A stretch of DNA of 64,000 nt from Kondoa subrosea. Lineage: Eukaryota. A program made the translations under genes and the position numbers. The DNA lies in assembly GCA_039545335.1 (NCBI GenBank), contig BCIN01000005.1, positions 772,641 to 836,640 on the forward strand, given 5' to 3'. Positions 50,663 to 64,000 of this stretch are shown piece after piece; the stretch's first letter is position 1; the number at the start of each line of letters is the position of its first letter. The notes under the pieces were generated by a model. The model saw only the letters and a list, made by a program, of their open reading frames with translations, made no database searches and was not told the DNA's origin.

Positions 50663-52713
50663 ATGGTCAACGCTCCTCCTTCTTCTGCTCAGATGAATGG
50701 GGTTCCAAAGGTGATCAAGAATTGTGTTGTGCTCGGTGGAAGTTATTCTGGTAAGCTATTATCTCTCAGTATGATGGACACGACCAATGTGTTTAACAGG
50801 GGCAAGAGCTGCTGAATTGCTTTCACATCAATTACCAGATAATTACCGTGTCATCTTGATTGACAGACAATCGTTCGTTCTCTCTTCTTCCGCTAATCTC
50901 CTTCTACTCTGTTGATACGTTGTCATATATACAGACATTTCTCCCATCTGTACAAGTTTGTACGATACAGTGTCGTACCCGGTCACGCGCATAAAGTATT
51001 CTATCCGCCATTAATCTGATAAAAAGGATCTTGTTATCTGATCTTGTTATTTCTCACAAACAGGCTTTCATTCCTTACACTAATCTACTTCACGCTCCTC
51101 TTATTTCATCCGATACTTGTCCAAAACCTGATACGATTTCACAATCCAAGAACCTAGTTTGTCAAGCATCAGTAGTAAACTTAACTTCAACCCATGTAGA
51201 AATCGATAAAGAATTATGTGAAATAGCAGGAATAACGGAAGCTGAAGCTGAAGTGATTGATGAATTAGGTGAAGTTCAAAAAAAATTGTGGGCTAGAGAA
51301 AAGGGAAAAGAATGTTGTGGAAACCCTGAAAGCTGTTTGGAAGCTATTACCCAATCTACTGGCAGAAGAACTTGTGCTGGAACTAGAATACCTTACGATT
51401 TCTTGGTTTATGTGAGTTTTTCTCTCCCTCTTCGCTGTTAGAGATAGGATGGCGCTGATCTGGAAGGGCAGGCTCTGGGATCACATTTACCTAGACCTTT
51501 GGCTTCACCTGCGCGGACAAAGAAGGATAACATAAACTTCTTGAAGGTGTGTGCCATTTGGCAGTGAGCTTTCAAGCTTGTCTCAAGTGTAATATTCGCA
51601 GGCCCAACAAGATGCAATCTATAAAGCCGATTCTATTCTCATAGTAGGAGGAGGAGCGCTCGGTATCCAATACGCAACAGACATCAAAGAACTATACCCT
51701 CACAAGGTCCGTCAAGATTGTCATATTTCACTTTTAAGGTGATATACGACTAATCAATGCTGGACAGAAAATCACCCTTATACATTCCCGACCTCGTCTT
51801 ATGCCAGTGTTCGATATAAGACTACACGAAGAAGCGCTCAAACGTTTCAATGAACTAGGGATCGAATGTATTCTTTCCGATCGAGTCATTTTACCTCCTC
51901 ATGCTGGTCCTCCATCAAGTGAGCCAGAAGGAAAAGTCATCACCAGAACAGAAGGTGGAAGAGTTATTGAATCGGATCTGAGAATCTTTTCAACGGGTCA
52001 AAAACCGAATTCGGCTCTGTAAGTCGCCTTTGAGTCGAAGTCACATCACAATTGAATTTGTTTGGGTAATAGGATGAGAACGCTTTCACCTACTTCTTTG
52101 GATGCTCAAGGCTTTATTCGAGTACATCGGACAATGCAGATTGATGATCCTACCTATCCACATGTCTTTGGTGTGGGTGATGTAGTAGATGGTCACGGAG
52201 CCATCAAAGCGGGACATACAGGTACGCTGCACTCTTTGCTGTCTGATTGGGAGTATTGCTGATTCGGACTATAGGCTGGAATCAAGCTGGCATTGCGGTC
52301 AACAATATTGTAGAAATGTGCAAAGCTCAAAATGCTGGTTTGCCTGTACCGAAATTGCAAGAATATTCAGCTGGTATACCAATGATCAAGTTGACTCTTG
52401 GTTTGGTGAGTCGTACCGTCTTCAGAGAAGAGGATTCAAACTTATCATCTGTGGTTTTTGTGAAACAGACTAAATCCGTTACTCAAACTTGTAAACCGGA
52501 TGATCCAACACAAATTGATATCAGAGTGGATGAGGATCATGAAATTGATCCATACTGGTGTGTTTCATTAACAAAGCTCTGGATTTTGAGCTGATTCGGA
52601 TTCAAGGGAATCGATCTGGGGAGCATTGAAAGCGGACGCGAAAAAGTGAGTCTTCCGTCTCCTCCTTCTCGATTAGCCAAAAGCTAATGTGCTTTTGAAG
52701 TCCGCATAACTAG
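50663..52713 (+). CDS. AMID/AIFM2 (AIF1-like) FAD/NAD(P)H oxidoreductase
   Basis: VVLGGSYSG, IPYDFLVYALG, IVGGGALGIQYATDIK, STGQKPNS, FGVGDV. Confidence 0.88.
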
Positions 52714-53267
52714 ATCAGATCTGCGGCGATAGGTTCTACGATGTACTAGAGAAATTAATCTCGTTTTCAACTGTATTACAATCTTTGGCATTCCTGCTGC
52801 TGCTGCTTGCTACCACATTGCAAGTAGAAGCAACAGACAATTTGTCCATCAATATCAATGTGTTTTTAACTCACGAATTTTATGACATGAACGACCTTTG
52901 AAATCAAATGTATACCCTACTTTGCGACGTATGATAATCAGATGTTGCTCTACTGCTACAGCCAATGCGAATCCGATGAGCGTGCCTCGCTTATGTGATA
53001 TCAGCCATTTGCACAACATTTGCAACTCCAACTTCCGCCCTTACTGTTGCAATGTCTCCCGCGCGACGGCAGATCCCTGACTAGGCACATGCCGCCGTTG
53101 GACCCGCCCCGATATCCATATTGCGACAAATTGTCATTTCGAGAAATGGCTCGAAGTACAAATTTCGAGTGCTTGCCATCTTGCTATGGACATCGCGTGG
53201 TGCCTACACTGGTATCCTTTGACAGAAGTCTCTCTTGTCCCGCTCATCACTCTTTCATTTTTCCATC

Positions 53268-55659
53268 ATGTTTTCGTCTAAGTCCAAAGACGAAGGTGGT
53301 TTGTCACCCAGATTCTCTGTAGTCTCTGTCATGGCAGACAATGGCTCTCGCTCATATGAGACATCTTCTTATCCCTCTTTTCAACAAGCGCATCCTTTAG
53401 CGAGAAGACCAACAACTCAAGGACGCTGGTCACCCAAAGTTGGAACTCTACCTGCTTCTCGAACGAAACCTCTTGGACCCAGTTTCAGCCTTCCTCTCTT
53501 TCTACCTCATTGGGCTCGCTCGCTACGGGGTTTTCTAGCCCTCCTGCTTTGTCTTTCTGTCAGCTCGCTTTACTTAATTATCCACTTTTCTGGCAACACT
53601 TCTGTACAAAGAGCTCGAACAGAAGCTAAAGCAGCTGAACTTCTTCTCAACGATCCTCACGAATACCGAAGACAAATGGCTAAACCCTCTGGTCGATCTG
53701 CTAAGGCTTATCATCATTTCAAAAAGACTTCAAACCGAATCAAAGCTCACATACAAAATTATCTACCTCAACAAGAGGTTGCTGCACCTGTTGTTGTTGC
53801 TGCACCTATAGTCAAGAAGATGATGGACAGCGAACCTATCATGCACAGGAATGGGTTGATGATGGCAAAAGAAGGCAGCAAACATGCTATTCTCTCTTTG
53901 ATTGAAAAGGGCAAGAAAGATTGGGAAGAATTGAACGCAAGACAGAGCAGGACATTGGATGAGGCAGTTCAGCAGTACAGAAGCAGATATCACAAGAATC
54001 CGCCTAAAGGGTTCTCAAAGTGGTGAGTGCTTGACATTTTGTTTTTTCCGATTTGACTGAACATCAAGGCTACAGGTGGGAATATGTTCAAACCAACAAT
54101 GTCCAGCTGCCAGACGAATACGACTTTATCAATCGCGATATCGAGCCTTTCGCTGCTTTGGATCCGGTTGATCTTCGCCATCGAGCTTTGGTTATGCAAG
54201 AACGAGAACATACTTTCACTCTGCATATCAATTCTGGTCTCGTTTCTATCTCTGGTCCTTTTGCGCATATCAGAAGAGCAAAAGATATTGCCGATATTGT
54301 TTCTCGTTTCAGCGAAAGTTTACCTCACGATTTGAACATGACTTTCATTGTAAGTTTCTAATGGCTTGACTGATAGTGTACTGACTTCTCTTGGATCCAG
54401 ATGGACGATCAACCAGCTGTCATGTTGGAACACGAGCGAAAGTCGCGAATGCTGGAAATTGCTGCTCAAGGGGAATGTTCGTCCATACATCTACTCTGAT
54501 CGCACCATAACTGACGTCTCATACTACAGACTTTGGACCTTCAGACTACGTCGATAATGAAAATTCTCATCTTACCAACTATGCTCGAGCTTGCCCTCCG
54601 AACTCACCTTTGCGCAGAGCCGAACAAGGCGACCCAAATCCAGAACTTGACCGACAAGCCGGCAAAAAGTCTTTCATTCACGACATGGACAAAGCCAATG
54701 ATCTTTGCACCCATCCTGAAATCCGAAAGCTACATGGTCACACTACCGTCACGGGCACTGAACTCACTCCTATTGTTCCTCTCTTTGCTTTTGCCAAGAT
54801 GCCAACCCATTCTGATATTCTTGCGACTCCTCTTGAGCAATATTCGGACAGCTATATTGGTTATGATCCAGCTTGGGAATCAAAACCTAAGAACAAGCTA
54901 CTTTGGCGCGGTGTGAGTAGTTCTGCCGCCAGTCTTGACCTAAGGCTCATCTTATATGTATAGTCTATGACCGGATCTGATTTCACTCAAGAAAAGCCAT
55001 GGCGATTGTCTCAACGTGCTCGTATTCACTTCATGGCCAAAGAAGCAGAAGGCACTCGTGAAGTCTTGTGGGCCGGTGATGATGAAATTGCTCACGTGTC
55101 GAATTTCACCAAAGCTTCACTCAACCAAATGTACTTCGACACCAAATTTTCTGGTTCACCTGCTCAATGTGATGAGGTCACTTGCAAATTGATGGAACCC
55201 GAAATGTCTGGGTTGATGGGTCTTGACGAAAGTTTGCAGTACAAGTATTTACTGGATGTAAGTTCGATCATATCTATTCCCTTTACCAATATTTATCATT
55301 CTGTCCAGGTCGATGGAAACGCTTGGTCAGGACGATTCCATAGATTGATGTCAAGCAATTCGCTCGTGCTCAAAGCCTCCGTCTTTCCTGAATGGTATGC
55401 TCAACGCATCGTTCCTTGGTATCACTACGTTCCGATCAAAATCGACTACGAAGATCTCACCGACGTTATGAGCTTCTTTGCGGGAACGCCTCAGGGTGTG
55501 GGCGCACATGATCATTTGGCCAAAGAAATTGCATCCAATGGCAAACAGTGGGCAAAAGAGCAATGGCGAAGACAAGACATGGCCAGCTATATGATGCGCC
55601 TGGTATTAGAATGGTCAAGACTCATGTACCCGGAAGAATCAGACTTCATTCATGCATGA
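53268..55659 (+). CDS. GT90 (CAP10/Cxt1-like) glycosyltransferase, type II membrane protein
   Basis: TM anchor, RQSRTL.EAV..YR.RY..NPP.GF.KW, DEYD.I, LLWRG, YKYLLDVDGNAWSGRF, PWYHYVP, MASYMMRLVLEW. Confidence 0.92.
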
Positions 55660-55843
55660 AGTCAGGAATTCTCAAGGGGAAACGGGCCATCCGGTATATA
55701 GACTCTAATGCTTACTTGTGTATATTATGCATCATATAACCACTGTGCTTCAATATTGACATGCACTCTAATGAATTTTGCTCGATGTCTTGGAATGCCC
55801 CGGTTCTCGTTCTTTTGCTCTCTCCACTGCTTTCTTTCTTCAT

Positions 55844-58838
55844 TCAGTCAAAGTAGTCTACATCTTCCCCTGATCAACGGTCTATTGTCAATACTTGGAC
55901 ACAGCTTCAAAGACATCTCTCGCACCTTCATCGTTATCCCTTTCCATAATTCGCCTCCATTCAAGCAGTAGCCTAAAGAGATGATCAGTGGTCCTCGAAT
56001 AATTCTTGGAGCGAAGATCTACCTGTACATGTATCTAGACAATACAGGTCAGGTACAATCTCAATTTTGACAAGAATTGCTCACGAAGCCATGTCCTCCT
56101 CTGCAGAGTGTGTCGAGTCAGTACAGGTCAGCATTCTCGCTAGCAGTGAGCTTACTTCGCCACTATATTCAGAATATCGTCGCATCAGTAGGGCTAGAAT
56201 AGCTTTGACTGATGAACAAACATGATCTCTAGCCCAAGCTTTTCCAGCTGTAGCAATCTTTTCTGCTAAGGCATCGTGATTATTCTTGTTGCCATCTGGT
56301 GTACCCATGAAGAAAGCAAGAACTACGTCAAATCAGCCATTGATAAACCAAGAAATCAACGTCCAACCCACTGTCATAGACATCCGAATAATCGATTTTG
56401 ACCCTTCAAGGTATATTAGTGACAGGTGAATAAGAATTAGTTGCTACTCACGGTACGTAATGTACCCATGGCATGACTCGCTCTTGATACCATTCTGTAA
56501 GAGAAATCAGGTATATTGATCATGCGGTTCAGAAATCGGCTGACCAGGGAAAAGAGTAGACTTCAAATGATATTCAGCAGATGTGAAGTACACCGTAAGG
56601 ATAGACTGACCTTCAGTACTAAACTCTTCGTCGACATCAATCTAAGGTAATAGTGAGACTCCGATAACAAAACGGCTCAATATCTTCTCACCTGTGGAAT
56701 CGCCCTGACCAACCATTTCCATCGATATCGATCAGGTACTTGTACTGACAAGCGGAATGAGATAGATCCTTTTTTCACACCAGAGGGTTGCTTACTTGAT
56801 AACTCTCATCAAGACCCATGGTATCGGCGACTACATCAAGATAAGCAATAAGGAAGCTTCCGTTTGCATTTACTAACAGTGGATCAGCTTCTCCATTACT
56901 TTGCAAGTTTCTGGATCGCATTGTACCGGTTTCCCAGAAAAGCTTGTGTCCTGTTTCGCACCGAATCAGTCATTGCCCTCATCCATACATTCGAGAAGGG
57001 CAGCACCATATATTGACTATTGAGCGCTTTGACGGAGAAAGACTTTTCTTGCTCCAACCCATTCTGATCAGCAAAAAGTACATTATGACTTCCTTTAGTT
57101 TCATGCGACATAAAGTGCATTCTTGCTCTTTGACTCAATTGCCAATCCACATGTTTAGCAAACTCTGCTCCAGTTGTACTTCCTCTCCAAAGCAATTTGT
57201 TGATCTTCTTGTTCTTCCAATCTGGGTCATCTCCTATATAAGTTGATGAATACTGTTCTAAAGGAGTGGCCAGAATATCGGAGTGGATGTTGGTTTTGGC
57301 AAAAGTGAATAGAGGTACGAGTTCACCAGGATTAGTTCCGATCGCAGTGGTGAACCCGTGTAAAGGCATGATTTCAGGATGTTCACAAATGTTCATAGAA
57401 GCAGGATGATTGTGAATGAATGATCTATGTTTCGCCAAAGGTGTTTTCTTGGTGCCAGATGGATCATTTCTTTCCCATCGACGTAAAGGAGAATCAGGAG
57501 GACATCCATTGGCCCAATTGGTTAGTGCTGGATCTTCATTATTAATATAATCAGAAGGACCAAAGTCTGTACCTCTTCTCAGAAATGTACGCAATACGCA
57601 AACACTCTGAAAGAGACGTACATTCTCCTTGTGAAGCCAATTCAATCATTCTCGCTTTATGCTCCCATCCCAGTTGACAAGCAGGTTGATCATGTTTGGT
57701 GAAAGAGATTGCAACTTTGCCAGGTAAATCTTTAGCGAAAGTATTGATGATTTCACCAAGATCTGAAGCACGTTTGAGTTTGGCTTCTTCTCCGGTGTAC
57801 TTTATCCGATCTTGTGGTTTAGCAGATGGATTGACATTGATTGTAAAGGTTTGTTCTCGGATAGACATCATTTCAGCTCGATGCTTCAGATCAGAAGGAG
57901 GTCTATTGAAGCACATCAGCAACTTCCTCAAATGCCGATGGTTCGACGAACAATGCCCAGAATGCCTGAAGATCTCTGTGAATTTGATCGTATTCGTCTT
58001 TCAGAACAATCTTGTTCTTCACTGCGAAATTCCACCACTTGTCGAAGCCTCTCGGTGGATTGCGTTTGTATCTTCTCCGATATTCAGCGGCGCATTCCTT
58101 CAAAGACTTACTTTGCCTTGCTAGCAAATCAGACCAGTCCTTCTCTGCCTTTTCAATAAGCTGCAAAATAGGATGTTTTGGCGCAGGAGTTGGTTTGACG
58201 TCAGGTAAGAGCATGTAGCCATTTGCAGCATAAGTGAGTTCTTGTACTGGTTTATCGTAATTAACATAAACATGACTCGCTGGTGCTTCAACTTCCGCTT
58301 CTCCTCCCGTTTCTTCAAATGAGTCTGAACCCTTTTCTCCATTTGCTTCCCAGAACGCGTCTTCATCATCTAACATATCATCTATCGTACCACTACCAGG
58401 AGGTCTTGATCCAGCAGGAGATGAATCAGATGAGCCGATCAAACTTCCAGATAACTTGTGAAAGCCCTCAGAGATTCCCAGCGCAGGCAACTTGTCAGGT
58501 AAAGGAATACCAGCTTTCGTTAGAGCTGAATGAGCAGCTTGTCTGTTGTTTGAAGAAGCTAAGACGAATACAAAGAGAGTGACACAAGTGCAAGTGATTA
58601 AGAATCTCGGTCTCCAAAACATTTTGAACCTTGAAGGTTTGGCAGTAGTAAGTAGCAAGGGACCGGAACCCACAGAGCCCAAGGCGCGTCTGTGGGAAGA
58701 GGCAGAAGGCAAGAAAGGAGTATTCTGATCCGCCTGCTCTTCGAAGACTTCAATAGACACTGAAGGTGTACCAGGCGGCGCGAGCTGGTTGGGCGATGGT
58801 CTTCTCTTGATATTCGAGCCTGCTGTGGCAGAAGACAT
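55844..58838 (-). CDS. Second GT90 (CAP10/Cxt1-like) glycosyltransferase, convergent with the first
   Basis: RQSKSLKEC..EYRRRYKRNPPRGFDKW, DEYDQI, HSDILATPLEQY, LLWRGSTTG, DIDGNGWSGRFH, PWVHYVP, RLLLEW. Confidence 0.92.
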
Positions 58839-60290
58839 GGCTGGCAAGCTCTCTGGCACAGTGAAATGGTTGTGTCCGGAAAGGGAGCAGAGCTTCTTGA
58901 CTTGAGTCGGCCTACAGTACCTTTAATGCCAACATTCTTCTAGTAGATACAGAACATCTCTGTACACGTCTTTTGGCCTGCAGTCAGCGCTCTTCCCTTT
59001 GGCTTCGACTCGGTCTGGTCATATCGAGCTTAAGTCTGCCTTCAGGGTTGCTGCAAGATGTTTTTGATCTGTATGCAAGTGTTGGAAGGCGTGCGCCGCT
59101 GTTCGACTGTGATAGCGACCTCGAGCTGGCGCCTCTTATCCGCAGATTCCAGATTGAAGAGCTCACATTCGATTTTGGCCCTTGAGCGCGAGAATGCGTG
59201 GCCTCTAGCAGGCGTGGAAGGTCCGTGAGGCTGATCAATCTCTGGCCAACATCACAAGATTATAGCTAAGCTGCATGCAATTGAGCCCAATCGCGTTGGA
59301 CCTCTCGCACATACTTTCCGTCATTGGAAATCTCCGACCTGGAAATCTACGGTGTATGCGCAGATCAAAGACCTCTTCTGCGCTCTCTTCTTGTCTTACT
59401 TTCCCCTGCTTCCTCCACCCGTAGAAGTACGAGTATTCTGTGGTTCTAGTTGCAGGCTGACACTCTATAACATCGTTCAGCACCGGCAACATGGATCTGT
59501 CTGATACTTTTCGTTTCTTCTCCTCGCAGGTCAATATCCCTCAGTTCCGCAACATCGAAGTCTAATCGCCGCCGAGCCTTATTGCTGGGATATACCTCAG
59601 ACTAGAAGAACCGCGAGAGACCAAGATATGTAATACGATCACCTATTGACCTTTATGTTTCTTTCTACTTGCGTTTTTGTATGGATCTTTTGTTTCACCT
59701 TTAGCATTCTTATTTCTACCCTCGATCCTCAGCGTTCTGCGATCTCGTGCCACAATACGCGCTTGGACTGACGATGAAAAAGATTCAACAGAGTCAAGGA
59801 GAAGGCGATAGCATTGTGCACATAGAGCTAATGATACTGCTTACATAATCTCGTTGACTGTTTCGGCGAGTGCTCTCTCGCCTATCATCCAGGCCCGCTA
59901 TAATATCGCCGCCTCGTTGCAACGACTGTCACATCCTCAGCTCATCGGCTCGAGATCTGATAGCAGCTTAAATTTAATCGTCGACTGATCTATTTCGGTC
60001 CAGCACTGCCACGACGGCCTGAGGTCTCACTGCTGCAATGCCAGTCTCTCTACATTCGTAACGATTCCTTGCTAGCGCACCCTTTCTCTCATTAGATCGT
60101 CTTTGATTTCGTTCATACTTTGATAATCGATTGCGCTCACTATGGGGCAGCCCAAGGCGGAGATGCATCAATCGACCGGTCATCGTCTGTTACTCTTTCC
60201 CTTATCTGATATAGGCGTCTGATATGCCCTTCAATAGACACCAATCAAGTCATTCTTGCTTCAACTTTGCGAGCGAAAGATGAAGTCGAA

Positions 60291-62552
60291 ATGCAGAATC
60301 TACTTCAGAATGCACAATATCAAGCCGGTATCCAGAACGTATGCTTGTGCATTCTATAAAGCTCATCTGGAACTGATGTAGCGATGGTCAATCTGCTGAG
60401 TAGGCTGATATAGAACCGGAGCACGATGTAGAGTACGCCTGCAGTTGTCTTACCTGCCAATATAAGTGGAAGAAGTATCAAAGAAGGGATGTTCACAAAG
60501 CTTGGAATAAAGCTGTTCTCTATCCAGGTTTGCTGCTTCTTTCCCATATCCATTCCCTGTCCACATCGCTGACTCCTACCCAGGCGAGAAGGTGTACAGC
60601 GATCTGTATGCGTCTAGCGGCGCTCTCTTCACTGCAAATCCATATCTGCGCAAAGTGGTTTCGCCTTATGGCTGGAATCAACGATCTAATTCTTGGTCTC
60701 GAGCTGTCCCTCTTCCGGACTATCACTATCGAAGCATCGTACAGACTGTAGCTCTCAATAAAGAGCTGAACGAGAAAGCTCAGGCGACCATTGATGCAAT
60801 GGAGCCGAAGAATAATGTTTGGCAACTTGAACCAACTCAGATCGATCCGGTGCTATCGGAGAAGACTAATGCGTCGACTTCAGATGATAAAACTGTCAAG
60901 CAGAAGAGACCTAATTTCCTTTCTCGCCTTTTGTCTTCTTCTTCAAATACTTCTTCTTCAGGCAAATCAGCCATCAAAGGTTTACCCGAACCATCAGAGC
61001 TAGTGCATTTTATATTGCAAGAAGAAGCCGGGCGATGGCCATCTCAGATATGTCAAGATATTGTCCGCCAGTACCAGCTCAAGACTGGCATGCTAAACAA
61101 GATTGCACATTTACGTTTGGTGGCTCCTCTGCAATACCTACATCTGCTCAGAGCTGGCTATTTCGAGCCTATTCCTGTCGGTCAGTCGGCTTTGTTATTG
61201 ATATCGCCTTTATTGATATGTTTGATAGCCTGGGCCAATAACGCATCTAATCCGCTAAAATTCTCGATCGAAGCTGCTAGTGGATGGAGAGGTATAACAC
61301 CTAGTTGGAGAGGATACGAAGATACTGCTGAAGAACGGCTCTACTGGGTTCTCAATCATCGAGAAGGTGTTGCTGGAGTTCGAATGAAGCCAGACCTAGT
61401 TAGCGAAATTACTATGGCTCGGCAAAGGATGGCCAAAGCTGTTGAACCTCCACCAATCTACTTCTCCAAGAATGATACATGTCATTTGCAACATACCGAT
61501 ACGAATGGATATTCGAAGCAAGTTATGCCGGCTGAATTTCATTCCTATGATCGTCCAGAAATGCCCACTGATGATACGTGAGCTTGGCGCGATACTTCAG
61601 TCCTTATGAAGTACTCATTTGAACTTTAGGATGATCTTGCTCGACGTTTCTGGCAGCATGGATTTCACTCCACTTCGACCTGTCTACACTCAATATCTTA
61701 TCACGGGCAATGTAAAATCAAGTCAGCCGAAGAATAAAGGTCAGTTCTAAGATCAGCTGCATATGACTTCACTGATCTGACCAATCTCCTCAAAGATCTA
61801 GCCAAGGCTATTGTCCGTCGCTTCACTGACGCTATGTCCAACTACGATCACAAAGAAAACGCTGGCTACGACCTCGTCACTTTTTCTAGTTCCGCTACAT
61901 ATGTAGGGGAACTGAATCATCGCAACTTCGAACAAACATGGAGTAAAGTTAGAATAGGAGGCGGTACTAGGGTCATGACTGGTTGGCAGAAAGTTAAAGA
62001 TTTGCATTTCAAGAAACACCGCGAATCAGCTACCTACCATGAAGTCTAGTAAGTCTATAGTATCAAGGAACCTTGAATAAGTTTGACTGAGTTCCTGTCA
62101 CAGTGGTTGGCAAGCTGGACCTGAGACGCCTATGTTGCGCTTGCTGCTTCTCCTGGATGGGGAAGCAACCGATATGGACGAATTCGAGCTGGATCTACTC
62201 GGCTTATCTTGGGCTCACGTCACGGTCTTTTTGGTCGGCGTAGACGGATGTCCTCATCATCACCGGCATGCAAACGAGTTGCAGCGCATTTCCGATGTCA
62301 ATCATCATGTTTCGGTAAGTACAATCTTCGGATCTCGAAGAATTTCAGGTACTGACTCAAAAGTATAGTTCGTTGATGCTCAAGGCAATACTCCTGAGCG
62401 TTTCGTCACTCACGGTGAGCTTGCTTCCTCTCCCTCTCTCTCTGGACTCTGCTTAGTAATCATCTATAGAACTTCTCAAGAGACATCTCGGTGTCGATTT
62501 GACTTTGAAAGAGTTTGAGAAGCTTGAGGAGCTGCCTGCTTACACGGTGTAG
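60291..62552 (+). CDS. Fungal vWA-domain protein (start approximate)
   Basis: MIDAS motif LLDVSGSM, LVTFS, GGGT and LLLLDGE in the C-terminal exons; N-terminal CSCLTC motif. Confidence 0.75.
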
Positions 62553-62815
62553 CAGCATTTTAAGTATGCTTATGTAAGACCTTTTCATTGTGTATTATGA
62601 TTTCAGCTTGTATAGTTTCAGCATTTCAGTAGTGTTATGAGTGTATGATCTTCAGTTATATCTTGTAATCTCCAGGCGACGATGGGTCAAAACATGCGAT
62701 TTCTTTGATTCCATCTCTTGCTCTTGAGCACCGCTGCTTCTAGACTTATGTGTGCCATGATACTCCTTTATAACCCATACTGGACTGATTTAAGCGCGTT
62801 GTAGCTCTCGCAAGC

Positions 62816-63300
62816 ATGGGATCCCTTCAGGCAGTGCTTTTCGCTTGTCTGCTTATGTTGGCCGGAGTATTGGCTCAAGAGACCACGAACAGGCCAGAAC
62901 CTGTCGCAGCTCAACCCAGCTCAACTAAGTGCGTCTGGAATTATTCTTTCAGATTTGATCGGGCGTGAAAAAGCTAATTTGAGCACACGGTAGCAATGTT
63001 TCGGTTTCTGGCAATTCCAATACTTCAGCTTCTGCTACTACCGCAACTTCAGCTTTACCTATCGCTTCTCTTCCTGCTGGATTGACAGAATCCCACGATA
63101 GTACGCTTCTTGGGCACTCTGCAATGAAATCGAGCTGAACTTGTATTACAAAAGTCACTGTTTCTGCTCCTGTGCCGCCTCAAACGAAAGGAGGTGCTGG
63201 ATATGGTCCGCCTGATACATACATTGCCAAAGATGGAGCATTGCAAGCGGGGTTATCTGTATCTGTGGTAGGCGCAGCAGTACTTTGGCATTTGATCTGA
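62816..63300 (+). CDS. Small secreted Ser/Thr-rich, probably GPI-anchored protein (3 exons)
   Basis: Signal peptide MGSLQAVLFACLLMLAGVLA, N-glycosylation sequons, GPPDTYI, hydrophobic C-terminus GLSVSVVGAAVLWHLI*. Confidence 0.7.
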
Positions 63301-63392
63301 GTTGATCTCGGGAACACGGACACTCTCGTTGTTTGTACGCATTGCATGATTGAATTAGCATCGATATATCGTTCGGTATTGCATTTCTAGAT

Positions 63393-64000
63393 CTAAAACG
63401 TTTCAGCCTCTTCCTGCTCTAGCTCGTCCGGTACTTCGAATCCTTCCTATAGTTCAAGCATAAGCGCAGCAACAATGCAAAGGAGAAGAACACGCACCTC
63501 TGTTGCGTATAGGATGTCTCTTATTGCTACTAAAGATTTCGATTCATCGTTTTCCGTTTCTTCACCTAGCGCTTCCAGTCTTGCTCCGACAATAATTTCA
63601 ATGTCCCGCAGCTGCTCGACGTATTAGCTGGATCGGTATTATGCAAAGCATAATCTTTAGCTCACTTTCGCAAAGTAGAAGTCTCGCTGTACGTCAGGGT
63701 AGCAAAATCTATCAGCCCCGGACTGAAGATCAGGCTCTCTTTCTACGCACCTCCTTTTCCAAATTTTCTACGCTCATCTTCATCTCATTCATCTGACCAG
63801 TTAAAGCCTGAATAGCTAGATCCGTTGCTCTGTTTTGACCTGGTAAAGCAGCAGGTGCCGCTCTCCGACTTGCTGCCATAGCTGATCCTGATCTTGCAGG
63901 TGCACTGGAATGTGAAGTGGATCGAGAAGTACTTGCTGCTCCCCCTCCTCCCGTTGAAACGGTTTGAGCTTGTCTTCTGCTAATACTGTATGCCCGGAAA
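63393..64000 (-). CDS. BIM1: EB1/Bim1/Mal3 microtubule end-binding protein, 3' part only
   Basis: Spliced LEKE|RDFYFAK|LRDIEII..ILYATE..EGFEVP..EEAETF*, the EBH domain with an acidic-aromatic tail. Confidence 0.92.

Noticed and set aside
43132..58838. OGT plus two GT90 genes as a glycosylation gene cluster
   Set aside because: The enzymes act in different compartments (nucleocytoplasmic versus secretory pathway) and unrelated genes lie between them. No synteny evidence is available.
58860..60290. Short ORFs or an ncRNA in the 1.4-kb gap between the GT90 and vWA genes
   Set aside because: No motifs and no convincing tRNA, snRNA or snoRNA boxes. Most likely a divergent promoter/UTR region.
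5202..63361. Numerous 60-170 aa ORFs antisense to or out of frame with the called genes
   Set aside because: Shadow ORFs or intron read-through fragments with no independent coding signal.
1..64000. Prokaryotic systems (CRISPR array, operons, defence islands, IS elements)
   Set aside because: Genes carry spliceosomal introns and eukaryotic products. No regularly spaced direct repeats or transposase motifs were seen.

Overview
Gene-dense, intron-rich eukaryotic DNA from a fungus, most likely a basidiomycete yeast. This is inferred from the ~45-60 nt GT-AG/GC-AG introns, many micro-exons and CAP10/GT90 genes. About 29 spliced protein-coding genes were reconstructed by eye. Housekeeping genes: SFH1/SNF5, a Upf1-like SF1 helicase, PTEN/TEP1, an FAD monooxygenase, BCP1, FTA4/NKP1, the ADP/ATP carrier, an APC amino-acid permease, DRS1, a FAF1-like gene, a secreted carboxylesterase, RPL32, O-GlcNAc transferase, a LENG1-like gene, an AMID/AIF-like oxidoreductase, two GT90 glycosyltransferases, a vWA protein and EB1/BIM1. 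The most unusual content is lineage-specific. (i) Three genes couple zinc-finger modules to C-terminal SAM-like helical repeats: one has five short-loop GATA-like fingers, and an adjacent tandem pair has a PHD finger or a degenerate Cys/His motif. (ii) There is a tandem triplet of orphan ~7-TM, GPCR-like genes. No CRISPR, rRNA, tRNA or transposon was recognised. Exon boundaries are manual and approximate, and all family calls come from motif recognition rather than database searches.
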